Assembly (NCBI GenBank): GCA_963796275.1
Contig: CAWCKY010000007.1
Location: 608,001 to 672,000 of the forward strand
Source: an uncultured Acidobacteriota bacterium
GTDB taxonomy: Bacteria; Acidobacteriota; Blastocatellia; RBC074
DNA length: 64,000 nt
Reading direction: 5' to 3'
Shown piece after piece: positions 40,511-51,296 of the stretch (position 1 is its first letter; every line of letters begins with the position of its first letter). Below the pieces are notes generated by a model, which ran no database searches, was not told the DNA's origin, and saw only the letters and a list, made by a program, of their open reading frames with translations. The position numbers and the translations under genes are program-made.

Positions 40511-40580
40511 TAGTTTTCAGTTTTCAGTTATTAGTTTTCAGTTTGTCGTTCTCGATCGACAACTGAAAACTGAAAACTAT
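40511..40580. repeat. Heptamer hairpin (CAGTTTT / AAAACTG) inside the frd operon
   Basis: TAGTTTTCAGTTTTCAG...TCTCGATCGACAACTGAAAACTGAAAACTA; same core as the 153-bp unit. Confidence 0.8.
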
Positions 40581-40594
40581 TTCAGAGGAGCGAG

Positions 40595-41017
40595 ATGAAA
40601 GAAACGCATAATTACTCTCTCTATCATCCGAGATGGTATCGCAGGCGGATGTCGACCTACTGGTGGACTCATCAATGGAGCCATTTCAGGTTCATCCTGC
40701 GGGAGGTGACCAGCATCTTTGTGGGTTACTTCGTCGTGCTCGTGCTGCTCATGCTCCGGGCTCTCAGTGAAGGGCCGGTGAGCTATGCTGCTTTTCAGGA
40801 TTGGTTGAGGACGCCATTCGCGATCCTTCTCAACGCGATCAGTTTTATCTTCGTCATTTATCATACGGTCACCTGGTTCAACCTGACGCCTCGCGCGATG
40901 CCGCCGGTGCGGCTGGGTGGTAAGAAACTGGATGACTGGATGGTCGCCGCACCCAATTACGTCGCATGGTTGGTGGTCTCGGTTATCCTGGTCTGGATTA
41001 TTTTGGGAGGGATTTAA
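40595..41017 (+). CDS. frdC: Fumarate reductase membrane anchor subunit C
   Basis: WW..F.FILREVTS and HTVTWFNLTPRA signature; 3 TMs. Confidence 0.88.
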   Translation: MKETHNYSLYHPRWYRRRMSTYWWTHQWSHFRFILREVTSIFVGYFVVLVLLMLRALSEGPVSYAAFQDWLRTPFAILLNAISFIFVIYHTVTWFNLTPRAMPPVRLGGKKLDDWMVAAPNYVAWLVVSVILVWIILGGI

Positions 41018-41018
41018 A

Positions 41019-41372
41019 ATGGGAAAAAGGTCAAACGAACCATTTCTCTGGTCGCTCTTCAGCGCTGGCGGAGTCGTCGCAGCATTTCTGGTACCGATCC
41101 TGCTTTTTTTATATGGATTGGCTTTCCCTCTCGGATGGATCGAGGCACCGAGCTATGGGCAGACGATGACGCTCGTCAGTCATCCGCTGACGCGCCTGGT
41201 ATTGTTCGTGTTATGCTCGCTACCGCTCTTCCATTGGGCCCATCGTTTTCGCTTTACGCTCTACGACGGGCTGCAGATCAAGCATCTTAACGAAGTGATT
41301 GCCGTGCTCTGTTATGGTGGGGCAGTGGTTGGCACAATAGTAGCTGGCTATATTCTGTGGAATATCGCATGA
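41019..41372 (+). CDS. frdD: Fumarate reductase membrane anchor subunit D
   Basis: KRSNEPFLWSLFSAGG and LPLFHWAHR signature. Confidence 0.88.
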   Translation: MGKRSNEPFLWSLFSAGGVVAAFLVPILLFLYGLAFPLGWIEAPSYGQTMTLVSHPLTRLVLFVLCSLPLFHWAHRFRFTLYDGLQIKHLNEVIAVLCYGGAVVGTIVAGYILWNIA

Positions 41373-41436
41373 CTCTCTATAACTGCTCAGCTACATCGCA
41401 GTGTGAGCGGTATTTTGATTTAGCCGCGGGTTTTAA

Positions 41437-41738
41437 AAGCTTGTCCCAAACTTTTCGGTTTTGCGCCGGAGGCGCAGCTGGATATTAGCCGGTGGTGTAG
41501 CGAAGCGAAACCACCGGACACCCGTCGTTATTGCCTTTGCGCCCCGGTAGGGGCGCCGGACCAGGCACAATGAAAAGAAGATTTCGCACTTCAGAACCCC
41601 ATCCAGCACCCCTGCCGGGGTGCGATGTGAGGACTCACTGCTACCGGTGGTTCCGCTGCGCTTCACCACCGGCTAATATCCACCGCCCTTACCAGGGCGA
41701 AAAGCGGTGATCGCGAATCGCAAAAGTTTGACAAGGGT
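41437..41738. mobile_element. MITE-like element with imperfect terminal inverted repeats and internal REP-like inverted repeats
   Basis: CTTGTCCCAAACTTTT / AAAAGTTTGACAAG ends flanked by TTAA on both sides; inner IR TGGATATTAGCCGGTGGTG...ACCACCGG (about 41479-41517) / CCGGTGGT...CACCACCGGCTAATATCCA (about 41644-41682). Confidence 0.65.
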
Positions 41739-41908
41739 TTAAAAGATAGGCGAACTCTTCCGGAAAGACGGAGATTCCCGTCTGTCGGGCGCAGGCGAAA
41801 AGTGACGCATCAAAGGCGCATCAGCGTCCGGCTAAATTCAGTCGCTGCCCACTACCATAAATAACGGGTTGAGCAGGAACAACTCCTTAACATCTTTTGG
41901 AGATAAAA

Positions 41909-42406
41909 ATGTACGAGCTCAAGCCCATTTCCAAGGAAGCCATTCCTCAGGCTATCGAGAAAGCGGATCACTATCGTCTGCTCAACGATCCATCGGCAGC
42001 CGAAAGCATCTGCCTGGATGTGCTGGAAATCGATCCTGATAATCAGCAGGCGCTCGTTACTCTGCTGCTGGCGTTGACCGATCGTCTTGCCAACGGATAT
42101 ACGGTCGCCGCTGCCCACGCCAGGGAACTGTTACCCCGCATCAACGATGAATACCAGCAGGTATATTACGCAGGAATTATATGCGAGCGACAGGCCAAGA
42201 CGTTACTCAATATGGGAGGGCCTGGCGCGCGATTCGATGCGTACGAATGGTTGCTCGAGGCGATGACCTGGTACGGAAAAGCCGAGGCAATGCGCGCTGC
42301 CGGTAATGATGATGCAATCCTGCGCTGGAATGCCTGCGCGCGGGTCATAATGCGCAGTAACCTTGTGCCGAGAGCAGCTGAGAGTGTCGAGCCTTATCTG
42401 GAATAA
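41909..42406 (+). CDS. Helical (TPR-like) hypothetical protein
   Basis: YRLLNDPSAAESICLDVLEIDPDNQQA, YYAGIICER, GNDDAILRWN; function not recognised. Confidence 0.75.
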   Translation: MYELKPISKEAIPQAIEKADHYRLLNDPSAAESICLDVLEIDPDNQQALVTLLLALTDRLANGYTVAAAHARELLPRINDEYQQVYYAGIICERQAKTLLNMGGPGARFDAYEWLLEAMTWYGKAEAMRAAGNDDAILRWNACARVIMRSNLVPRAAESVEPYLE

Positions 42407-42610
42407 CATAAAAAGTGTAATCCACGTCGCTGCTGGACTGCAGTTTCGCCTATAGTGTTAGTTACACATCTGTAATTACAACGCTGGGAATGGTATTTTT
42501 CAGCGCTGGCCAGTGACATTTGTGTGTCGTCAGAGAGAGCTTCACCGTTTGAATAAAAAATAAACTTCGACGTGGCAGAGGCGGCTTTGGCTGCGCGGGC
42601 GGAGTAAAGG

Positions 42611-42640
42611 CGGGTGGATGCGACGAATCGCACCCACCCG
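42611..42640 (-). terminator. Hairpin downstream of the TonB-dependent receptor
   Basis: CGGGTGGATGCGA-CGAA-TCGCACCCACCCG stem-loop about 12 nt after the stop. Confidence 0.5.
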
Positions 42641-42651
42641 GGATAAGAAAG

Positions 42652-45600
42652 TTAGAAGTAATACTTCAGACCGAACTGTATATTGCGCGCCCCAATTCGC
42701 GTACCACCGATCTGCCCGAAGTTGGTTGCTCCGAAGGAAGTACCGGGATCGCCGAACATGGGAGTATTGGTGACATTCTGGGCTTCAAAACGGATCTCGA
42801 GCCGCTGGCTTTCCCTGGTTGCGATGCTCTTCAGCAGCGCGGCATCAAGCGTCTTGATTCCGGGACCGCGATAGTTCAGGTTGCGCGGAGAGCTGCCCGG
42901 CGTGTCGATGGGAGGCTTCGAGAACGCGTCGGTGTTGAACCAGCCGTTGAGACGATCTTGAGCGCGGCCCGAGGTGCTCGGATCTCCGATCAGGTTCGGA
43001 CGCTGAGTACCATCCCAGATGTTCCCGCCGGACTGCGTCACGTGCAGCGGCATTCCGCTCTGCATGAGAGCCATACCGCTGATGTTCCAGCCGCCTGTCA
43101 GCCAGTTCATCACCCCCTTCATTTTCGAACCGAATCGCCGGTTCTGGCCGAAGGGCAGCTCGTACGTGCCGGTGATCACCACGCGGTGAGCGATATCGTG
43201 CGAGGATAGCCCACGCTCGCCCCGCAGGTCCCAGATGTTCTGGATGCTGGTCGAGCCGCCCAGCCAGGAGACGTTCCCAGAGGTGTGCGAAATGTTGTCG
43301 ATCATTTTCGACCACGTATAGTGCGTTAGAGTGGTGAGACCCTTGCTGAACCGCTTCTCCCACTTGGCCTGCAGAGCGTGGTAGTTGGAATCGCCGCGTG
43401 CGGGTTCAGACGATCCCACGTTGGCGCCGTCGAAATGCGGCATCGGGCGGAGCAAACGGAATAACTGCACCGTCTTGCCGCTGAGCTGCGAGCGTGGATC
43501 GGTGATCTGGCCATAGAAGGGATTCTTCTCCTGAGCCTGCAGAGCCGTACGTCCCCGTCCCCACTGGCTCGGGTGGAGTGGCGAGAGCGTCGTTATCGGC
43601 ACGAACAGGTGTGTTCCGCGGCTGCCGGTATAGTTCACCTCGAGAACGGACTGCAGCGGCAATTCTCTCTGGATCGACAGGTTCCACGAGTGGTACTCGG
43701 GATTCCTGTTATTCGACGGTAGAATCGTACCCGTGCCGCCGATCCCAAGAAGCGTCGCATCCCCCTGTGATCGGCCGGGCGGTTGCAAGATTCCACCGGC
43801 CGAAGCCGGGAACGGATCGGCGAGGTCGCCGGACAGGGTTGCGTTCGAATCGGTCGTCCAGATGACAGGCGAGTTGATCGTGAATCCTGTACCCGGGCGA
43901 CCGAACACGGTGGCGCGAGAGAGCTGGTAAAACAGACCGTAGCCGCCGCGAATGGCGGTCTTCGGGTTGGCCGCAAATGCGAAACCGATGCGCGGCTGCC
44001 AGTTGTTCATGTCCGGGTCGAACGGAGACCGGCGTTCATCATCGTTGAACTTGATCACGCCGCGTGTATCGAGACCTTCAGCTCTGACTGGTGACTGCGC
44101 CTCGAGATCCCAATAACTGTAGCGGTTCTCGAGTTCCCAGCGGGGAACGTCGAAGTCATAGCGCAGGCCGAAGTTGAGCGTCAGCCGGCTGGTGATCTTC
44201 CAGTCATCCTGGAAGTAAAATCCCCAGTAAGCGGAGCGGGAGAATGACTTCGGCTCGATCTGGTACTCGCTGCCGGTCGGCCACCCGAGCAGCATCGTGG
44301 CCAGGCCGTTGCCTTCGTTGCCCGCGCAGGAGTTGAGAAATTGGCAAGTGACTCCACGGCCGAAGTTGAAGCGCCCCGAGGGATTACCGGGCTGGTTGTA
44401 GTCAAGCCTGTTGTAACGGCGCTCGCCGCCCACCTTAATGCTGTGTCCACCCCAAACTTTCGTCAGCGCGCCGGACCAGTGGTGAACACCTTCCTGCCGG
44501 TCCATGACCCAGTACGGCTCGGTGCCGAACTCCTGGAATCCATCAGGCGCCCAGCGCGGGAACACCTGATGCGTCGCGGTATCCCTCATGTTGGCGGGCA
44601 GTCCGAGTGTGGTGACGTCGAACCCGTATCCCAGCGAGAGGATCGCGGTAAAAGTCAGAGTAGGTATAGCCGTAGCGGAAGACCACCAGCGTTGTTGGGC
44701 TGAATGTGTGGTTGAGCTCGCCCACCATCGCATGGGTTCGCGTACCGTTCGGACCGCCGGTGAAGTAGGCCGGGTTGTCGTCACCGAACAGGTTCGGATT
44801 GGTTCCGTTGCCGCGAGCTTGACTGTATCGTCCGCTTGCCCTCGTGCGGTCGCTGAAGCTGTGATCGCCCCTGATGTTGATCTGATGTCCGGTGTTCCTG
44901 TTGACCCCGTTGTTAAACCAGTTATTGTTGTTGGTGAATGGAGCACCCTGCTGGTTCGGAAGCGGCAGGTAGCTGAGCGCATTGAGTGCGATCGGGTTCA
45001 ACATGTGTTGAGGGATTTTATTCCCGGGGAATGGGCGGCGCTCGACCTCGCCCTTGGCGTTGGTGAACGTGTCGAATGGATTATAGATCGTCATCAATTC
45101 GCCGGAGGCATTACGCGTCTCCGAGAAGTCACCTTGGCGCTGCAGCGCTGTCGGGACCGTTATATTCTGATTGGTCGGTTCCCCCGTCTTCGTGTATTCG
45201 TAACCGCCGAAGAAGAATGTCTTGTTGCGAATGATCGGTCCGCCCAGGACTCCGCCGAATTGATCGCGGTGGAACGCTGGAAGGGGTTGCCCGGACCGGT
45301 TGGCGAACCAGTTGTTTGCGTTCAAAACTTTATCGCGGAGAAAGTAGTAACCGGTACCGTGGATGTCGTTCGAACCGGAACGGGTCACCATGTTCACCAC
45401 CGCGCCGCCCGTCTGGCCGTACTCCGCCGAGAAGAAGTTCGTCTGCATCTTGAACTCCTGCACCACATCAATGGAAGGTGAGAACTTCAGATCCGTAATG
45501 CCGGAGTTCTGCTCGACGGTCACTACGGTCACGCCGTCCACAAGGACATCCGCGGTCGAGTTGCGCGAGCCGTTTGCGACGAAGTTAGTATTCGAGTCGC

Positions 45601-46111
45601 CGCGTCGTCCACCGGAACCCACCACGCCAGGCGTGAGATAGACCAGGCTCATAGAGTTACGGCCCAGGTTGGGCAATGACAGGATGTACTTGTTCTCGAT
45701 AACCTGACCGAGATTAGCAATCGTCGTATTCACCAGCGGCGCTTCGCCCTGGACCTCGACGATTGACGACACCTCGCCAAGTTGCAACTGAACGTCTATC
45801 GTCGCCTGCTGCTGAACCAAAAGTGGAAATGCGCTTTGAGCATATTTTTTGAAGCCGCTGGCTTCCACGGTCATGTTGTATTGGCCGGGCGGTAGAGCGC
45901 TCACATAATACCGGCCCTCAGAGTCGGTGGTCGTCGGGTGCTGCACGTTGCGGTCAGCTTCCGTGATTATGACTCTCGCGTTGGATACCGCGGCGCCGGT
46001 CTGGTCGGTAACGACTCCGCGAACCGCGGCGGTAAATGACTGGCTCCATGCGGGACCAGTAATCATCAAGAGTAAACAGCCGATACTCGTCATCGATGCA
46101 AGGAATTTCAT
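42652..46111 (-). CDS. TonB-dependent receptor with carboxypeptidase-regulatory-like N-domain; frameshift near 44635
   Basis: GVVTDQTGAAV, EFKMQTNFFSAEYG, QDDWKITSRLTLNFGLRYD, terminal RNIQFGLKYYF; two ORF halves join with a single-base shift. Confidence 0.88.
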
Positions 46112-46436
46112 AGAACCTCCGTTCGTCAAATGAATTGCCGACCTGGCCAGATTCGGCAAGAGGGAGAATAAAACCGTACCTGCGGTTTTCATATTTAACC
46201 TCCATTGTGTCTTTGCTTGAGTGGAAGGAGACAGCCATCGCTGGTTGCGTGGCGCCGAAATCTATTGAATGTAATCGTTAGATTTTGCCAAGCGCAATTT
46301 ACTCTATAATCTCATGGACGGCAAGGAATTTTGGTTTGACCACTGAAATAATCGGTATTGCACCGGCATGACCCGATGTAATCTGGTTTGGTTTAGCATT
46401 ACCGCTCTGGTACCACACGTAGTAGAGATAGCGGGA

Positions 46437-47672
46437 TCAAAATAAAAGCCGTCCCGCTCGTCCTTCCGTCTGGCGCGTTCCAATTTCCAGGGAGCTTCCA
46501 GCTGCCGGATGAACGCCGTCATCAACTGCCAGAGGCGAAGAAGCCAGCGGCATAGAATACCGCCTCGCCCGATCGATCAGCCGCAAATAGGCTTCATGAA
46601 CAAGTTGCTGCAATTCATCCCGCATTTCAGCCGCCGTCTGGTAGCGCGATGCGCAATCCGTTTCCAATGCCCGATTGATTATGCGTTCCAGTGCAGAGAT
46701 CGTTTCCGGGCGCTCTTGGCGAAGAGGATCTGGCGCGTAATACAGGATAGCGTCTGAGATGGATGCCGGATTTTCGTTTTCGTTCGAGAAAGGTTGGACG
46801 CCCGTGATCATTTCAAAGAGCACGACACCAAGGCTGAAGATGTCAGTGCGGTGATCCACTTTCTGTCCCGCCGACTGTTCCGGAGACATATAGCTGATAG
46901 TGCCCATCACCGCGCCCGCGCCGGTTTGCAGAGGCGATGTCGATTGAATACAGCTATCAGTAGTTCCGATATCGTCTCTACTCAGCTTTGCCAGGCCGAA
47001 ATCCAGGACTTTGACCAGACCATCGAACCTCACCATGATGTTTTCTGGCTTGATGTCACGGTGCACTATCCCCGCCGTGTGAGCCGCATCCAGCGCCCGC
47101 GCAAGCTGAATGGCTATGTCCAACGTTTCATTCAACTTGATTTCTCGGCCGGCAAGACGCTGGCGCAGCGTCTGCCCATCAATGAACTCGGTGGCAATGA
47201 AATGCCCGCACTCATTCTCTTCGATTGCGAAGATGGTGACGATGTTTGGATGGCTGATCATCGAGGCTGCTTGCGCCTCCCTCATAAATCGCTGCACCAG
47301 CTTTTTGTCTCGGGTGAATTCCGGTCGCAGAAACTTGAGCGCGACCTTGCGCTCCAGCCTTAAATCCCGCGCGAGATATACCTCTCCCACGCTCCCTTCG
47401 CCGAGCGCCGATATTACATGATAATGGCTCAGGCTGCTCCCCGGTAATGAACGAGCGGTATTGGTTATGTCTGTTGTGGTGATCGGAGCCAACGCAGGTT
47501 GACCGAGAAAGTTTCCGGCCTGCTCGTGCGCGGCAAGCAGGGATACAACTTCATCGCGCAACTGCTCATCACCTGCACAAGCGCGATCGAGAAAGATCGC
47601 GCACTGATCAGCGTCACGATCAAGGGCGGCAATAAACAGATCTTCGATTTGTCGCCACCGCTCAGGTTGCAT
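46437..47672 (-). CDS. Ser/Thr protein kinase paired with an ECF sigma factor
   Basis: N-terminal ERWRQIEDLF...ACAGDEQLRDEV helix; VALK, HRDIKPEN, DFG, YMSPE. Confidence 0.9.
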   Translation of the reverse strand: MQPERWRQIEDLFIAALDRDADQCAIFLDRACAGDEQLRDEVVSLLAAHEQAGNFLGQPALAPITTTDITNTARSLPGSSLSHYHVISALGEGSVGEVYLARDLRLERKVALKFLRPEFTRDKKLVQRFMREAQAASMISHPNIVTIFAIEENECGHFIATEFIDGQTLRQRLAGREIKLNETLDIAIQLARALDAAHTAGIVHRDIKPENIMVRFDGLVKVLDFGLAKLSRDDIGTTDSCIQSTSPLQTGAGAVMGTISYMSPEQSAGQKVDHRTDIFSLGVVLFEMITGVQPFSNENENPASISDAILYYAPDPLRQERPETISALERIINRALETDCASRYQTAAEMRDELQQLVHEAYLRLIDRARRYSMPLASSPLAVDDGVHPAAGSSLEIGTRQTEGRAGRLLF

Positions 47673-47713
47673 AAATAAATCTGCTCCTTATGCCGCTCGA
47701 TATTCACTGCTGC

Positions 47714-48277
47714 CTAGCTGAGTTCACGGTAGAGCCAGGCCCTGGCAATAGCCCATTCCCGCATTACTGTCTTATGCGAGATACCCAGAATTTCGGCGGT
47801 CTCTTCCACGCTCATTCCACCAAAATAGCGAAGCTCTACCACGCGGCTTTTGCGCGGGTCGATAATAGACAGTCTTGTGAGGGCCTCGTCGAGCGCGATC
47901 ATATCCCTCGCGCCTCCATCAACCAGAATAATCACTTCATTGAGCGAGAGTTTCATCGCTCCGGCGCCGCGCTTGTTCCGCTGAAGACCTTTGGCGTGGT
48001 CAATCAATATCCGCCGCATCATTTGCGCGGCGACCGAAAAGAAATGTGCGCGACCCATCCATTTCACATTCTTCTGACCAATGAGTCGCAGATAGACCTC
48101 GTGAACCAGCGCCGTTGGCTGTAAAGAATGATTTGCTCGTTCGTTCTTCAGGTAATGGCGGGCGAGACGCCGCAATTCGCTATAGACGATGGGAATCAAT
48201 TCGTCCAACGACGCTCCGTAGAGGCTTTTACAATCCGTCAGCGCTCGTTTGGCCTCGACTGCCAAAGCTTTCCTCAT
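47714..48277 (-). CDS. ECF sigma factor, TIGR02999/ECF43-like
   Basis: VYSELRRLA...SLQPTALVHEVYLRL, MRRILIDHA, VVELRYFGGMS, REWAIARAWL; start at ATG 48277 after GGAGGG. Confidence 0.9.
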   Translation of the reverse strand: MRKALAVEAKRALTDCKSLYGASLDELIPIVYSELRRLARHYLKNERANHSLQPTALVHEVYLRLIGQKNVKWMGRAHFFSVAAQMMRRILIDHAKGLQRNKRGAGAMKLSLNEVIILVDGGARDMIALDEALTRLSIIDPRKSRVVELRYFGGMSVEETAEILGISHKTVMREWAIARAWLYRELS

Positions 48278-48671
48278 AACCCCTCCGAAAATGTCCGATA
48301 AGCTGCCCGAGCTAATCGGCGCTCCCGAAGGCAATCCTTCCCAAAGCCTCCGACAAGCACGGGCAAGCTTGTCGGACATTTCCATCGTTTCAGGGCGCCG
48401 TGACGCCATGAATGACTTCCTGATACAAAAATAAAGGACTTGAATATCTGTCCGGTGAAAAGTGGTGCTAAAAAATTACAGCTGATATGGGACGTTTTAC
48501 TCTAAATCGTCGCGTTTATCAATGGATTCAGAGCCCAGTCGTCAGCATCTGGTTATCGCACGCCTCTAAAACCTACCCTCCTTTGTAACAGATTGAGTAC
48601 TCTGGGCTCTTCTCAGCATATGGGTAGGGGCAGGGTTACAAAGTAGGGGATAATGACCACAAGGAGAAAAG

Positions 48672-49961
48672 ATGATGCATCGGAAAATGATAGTCAGTGT
48701 TGTTGTCCTTTATGCGCTATTAGCCATGCTCGTCACTAGCGACACAGGGAACTCTGTAATATCTGCCGGCAATAACAATCCGGCGGTGTTGCCTGGGCTT
48801 GCTCAGTTGGATGAGTTCGAGACCTCGGATGATCGTTTTGCCGCGGTCGCCAGGCAGGTTCCCGGTTTTGGCGGCATGTTTTACGATCAAGACGGAACAT
48901 TGCAGGTCTATATGTTGGGACAAAAAGGACCGGCGAATGAAGCCTTTACCGCCTCCCTGGATGATGTAATAACCAGAGAGATTGGGAGAGGGGAACGTTT
49001 ATCCGGTAGAGGCCTTGAGATACTCGAGGGGCAGTATGATTTCCAGGATCTCCATCGCTGGCAGCAGCAGATATCGCCCGACGTGCTGACTCTTCCTGGA
49101 GTTGTCTTCACCGATATCGATGAGGCGACCAATCGCCTTCGGATCGGAATCGCGGATTCGCCAGGCATGACGGAGAGCTTGGAAGTATCCCTGTCCAAAC
49201 TGGGTGTCCCGCGCGATGCAGTGCTGATCAGCGAAACCAAGCCGGTGGTGCCCGAACTCCGAAGCGTCCGCCGGCCGTTGCGCGGCGGTTTGCAAATCAA
49301 CTTCGGCGGATTCTTATGCACGCTCGGTTTTATTGCTACCCGCCAAGGCACGGAAGGTTTTGTGACCAACTCGCACTGTACCAACACACAGGGAGGGGTC
49401 GAAAGTACCGTCTACAATCAGCCGAGCGCCTCTGGAACTGCCAACCGCATTGGCCAGGAGATCGCAGACCCAACCTACTTCACCGGCGGCTCGTGTCCGT
49501 CCGGCAGGCGGTGCCGCTTCAGTGACAGCTCGTTTGTTCGGGTTCCTAATCCGAGTGGGCCGTCGGTCGCTACTGCCCGTGGTAGTATCGCGCGCCCGCC
49601 AGTTGGATCATTTACCTGGAACGGAGTAGATACATTCACCATCACGGCTGAAGCCGCGCCGGTGGTAGGACAGGCCGTGACCAAGGTTGGCCGCACGACA
49701 GGCAGAACCAGTGGTACAGTTCAGCAAACCTGCGCCAACTTTAACGTTTCAGGTTCAACCATCACTCAACTTTGCCAAAGCCGCGCGTCATTTGAGAGCG
49801 CTGGCGGAGATAGCGGTTCCCCCGTCTTTCGTATTACTGCCTTACCGAATGTTACACTGGTCGGCATCCACTGGGGGAGTGGAGGGGTATTTAGCCCGAT
49901 CACAGGTATCCAGATGTCCGGGGAGTTGGGATCAGTTTCCACCTGCGCGTCAGGCTGTTGA
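48672..49961 (+). CDS. Secreted S1 (chymotrypsin-like) serine protease with pro-domain
   Basis: Signal peptide, pro-region, CTLGF, TNSHC, DSS, GRTTG, GDSGS. Confidence 0.88.
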   Translation: MMHRKMIVSVVVLYALLAMLVTSDTGNSVISAGNNNPAVLPGLAQLDEFETSDDRFAAVARQVPGFGGMFYDQDGTLQVYMLGQKGPANEAFTASLDDVITREIGRGERLSGRGLEILEGQYDFQDLHRWQQQISPDVLTLPGVVFTDIDEATNRLRIGIADSPGMTESLEVSLSKLGVPRDAVLISETKPVVPELRSVRRPLRGGLQINFGGFLCTLGFIATRQGTEGFVTNSHCTNTQGGVESTVYNQPSASGTANRIGQEIADPTYFTGGSCPSGRRCRFSDSSFVRVPNPSGPSVATARGSIARPPVGSFTWNGVDTFTITAEAAPVVGQAVTKVGRTTGRTSGTVQQTCANFNVSGSTITQLCQSRASFESAGGDSGSPVFRITALPNVTLVGIHWGSGGVFSPITGIQMSGELGSVSTCASGC

Positions 49962-50023
49962 TCAACTCGACGTATCTGACCTTGGCCCGTCCAAGGTCAG
50001 ATGCTCCAAAAGTGAGATCAAAA

Positions 50024-50503
50024 ATGATAGCAATGTATTGGATCGGCCTGTTGCTCTTGCTTTCCATGACGCTTCTCGGCTTTAACGGATGTAGCCATCA
50101 GGCTGATCAACCGGGCCGCCCGGAAGACCCTCTTTCGCTGGAGGCGCCGGATGAAGTCGAAGCAGGCCAGACGGTAAATTCAAAGCTAATCTGGCAGAAT
50201 CTGACCGACAAACCGGTCGAGCTTATACTCGGAGGTCGTCCTGCATATGATTTCGTCTTGACCTCCAGCGAGGGTAAAGAGATATGGCGATGGCGTGATG
50301 GACAAACGGTTCAGGAGATCCTCGAAATAAAGACAATGGATCCTGGTCAGAAGCTGGAATTTACGTCGGAGTGGCGGCTAGTGGATCAATCTGGCGCCGA
50401 ATTGCCACCTGGACGTTATACGTTGCATGGAATTTTGAATTTAGACCCACCGACGGTGATAAAGACGAAACCACAGCCATTGATCATTCGGAATAAAAAG
50501 TGA
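50024..50503 (+). CDS. Lipoprotein with a BsuPI-like proteinase inhibitor domain
   Basis: Lipobox-like FNGC; YDFVL...GKEIWRW..G......PG....F..EW...LPPGRY pattern of BsuPI. Confidence 0.72.
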   Translation: MIAMYWIGLLLLLSMTLLGFNGCSHQADQPGRPEDPLSLEAPDEVEAGQTVNSKLIWQNLTDKPVELILGGRPAYDFVLTSSEGKEIWRWRDGQTVQEILEIKTMDPGQKLEFTSEWRLVDQSGAELPPGRYTLHGILNLDPPTVIKTKPQPLIIRNKK

Positions 50504-50538
50504 GATATGCTCACCCGGGAATCAGGTAATCTAAAAGT

Positions 50539-51111
<573 letters not shown>

Positions 51112-51296
51112 ATTTTGCACAGCCAGCAGAGAGCACACCATCAACCTCTTATACATCCTGAACTAGTCGACTTGCTCCGGCGTGAAAGCCATCTCGGGCG
51201 TAGGTCTGGACTCTTACAGGCCCGGCCCTAGCGCAACTGAACTCAATCATGTAGTCGAGTTGAGAAGACAACCGCGAATTTTATCTCGAAAAGCCA

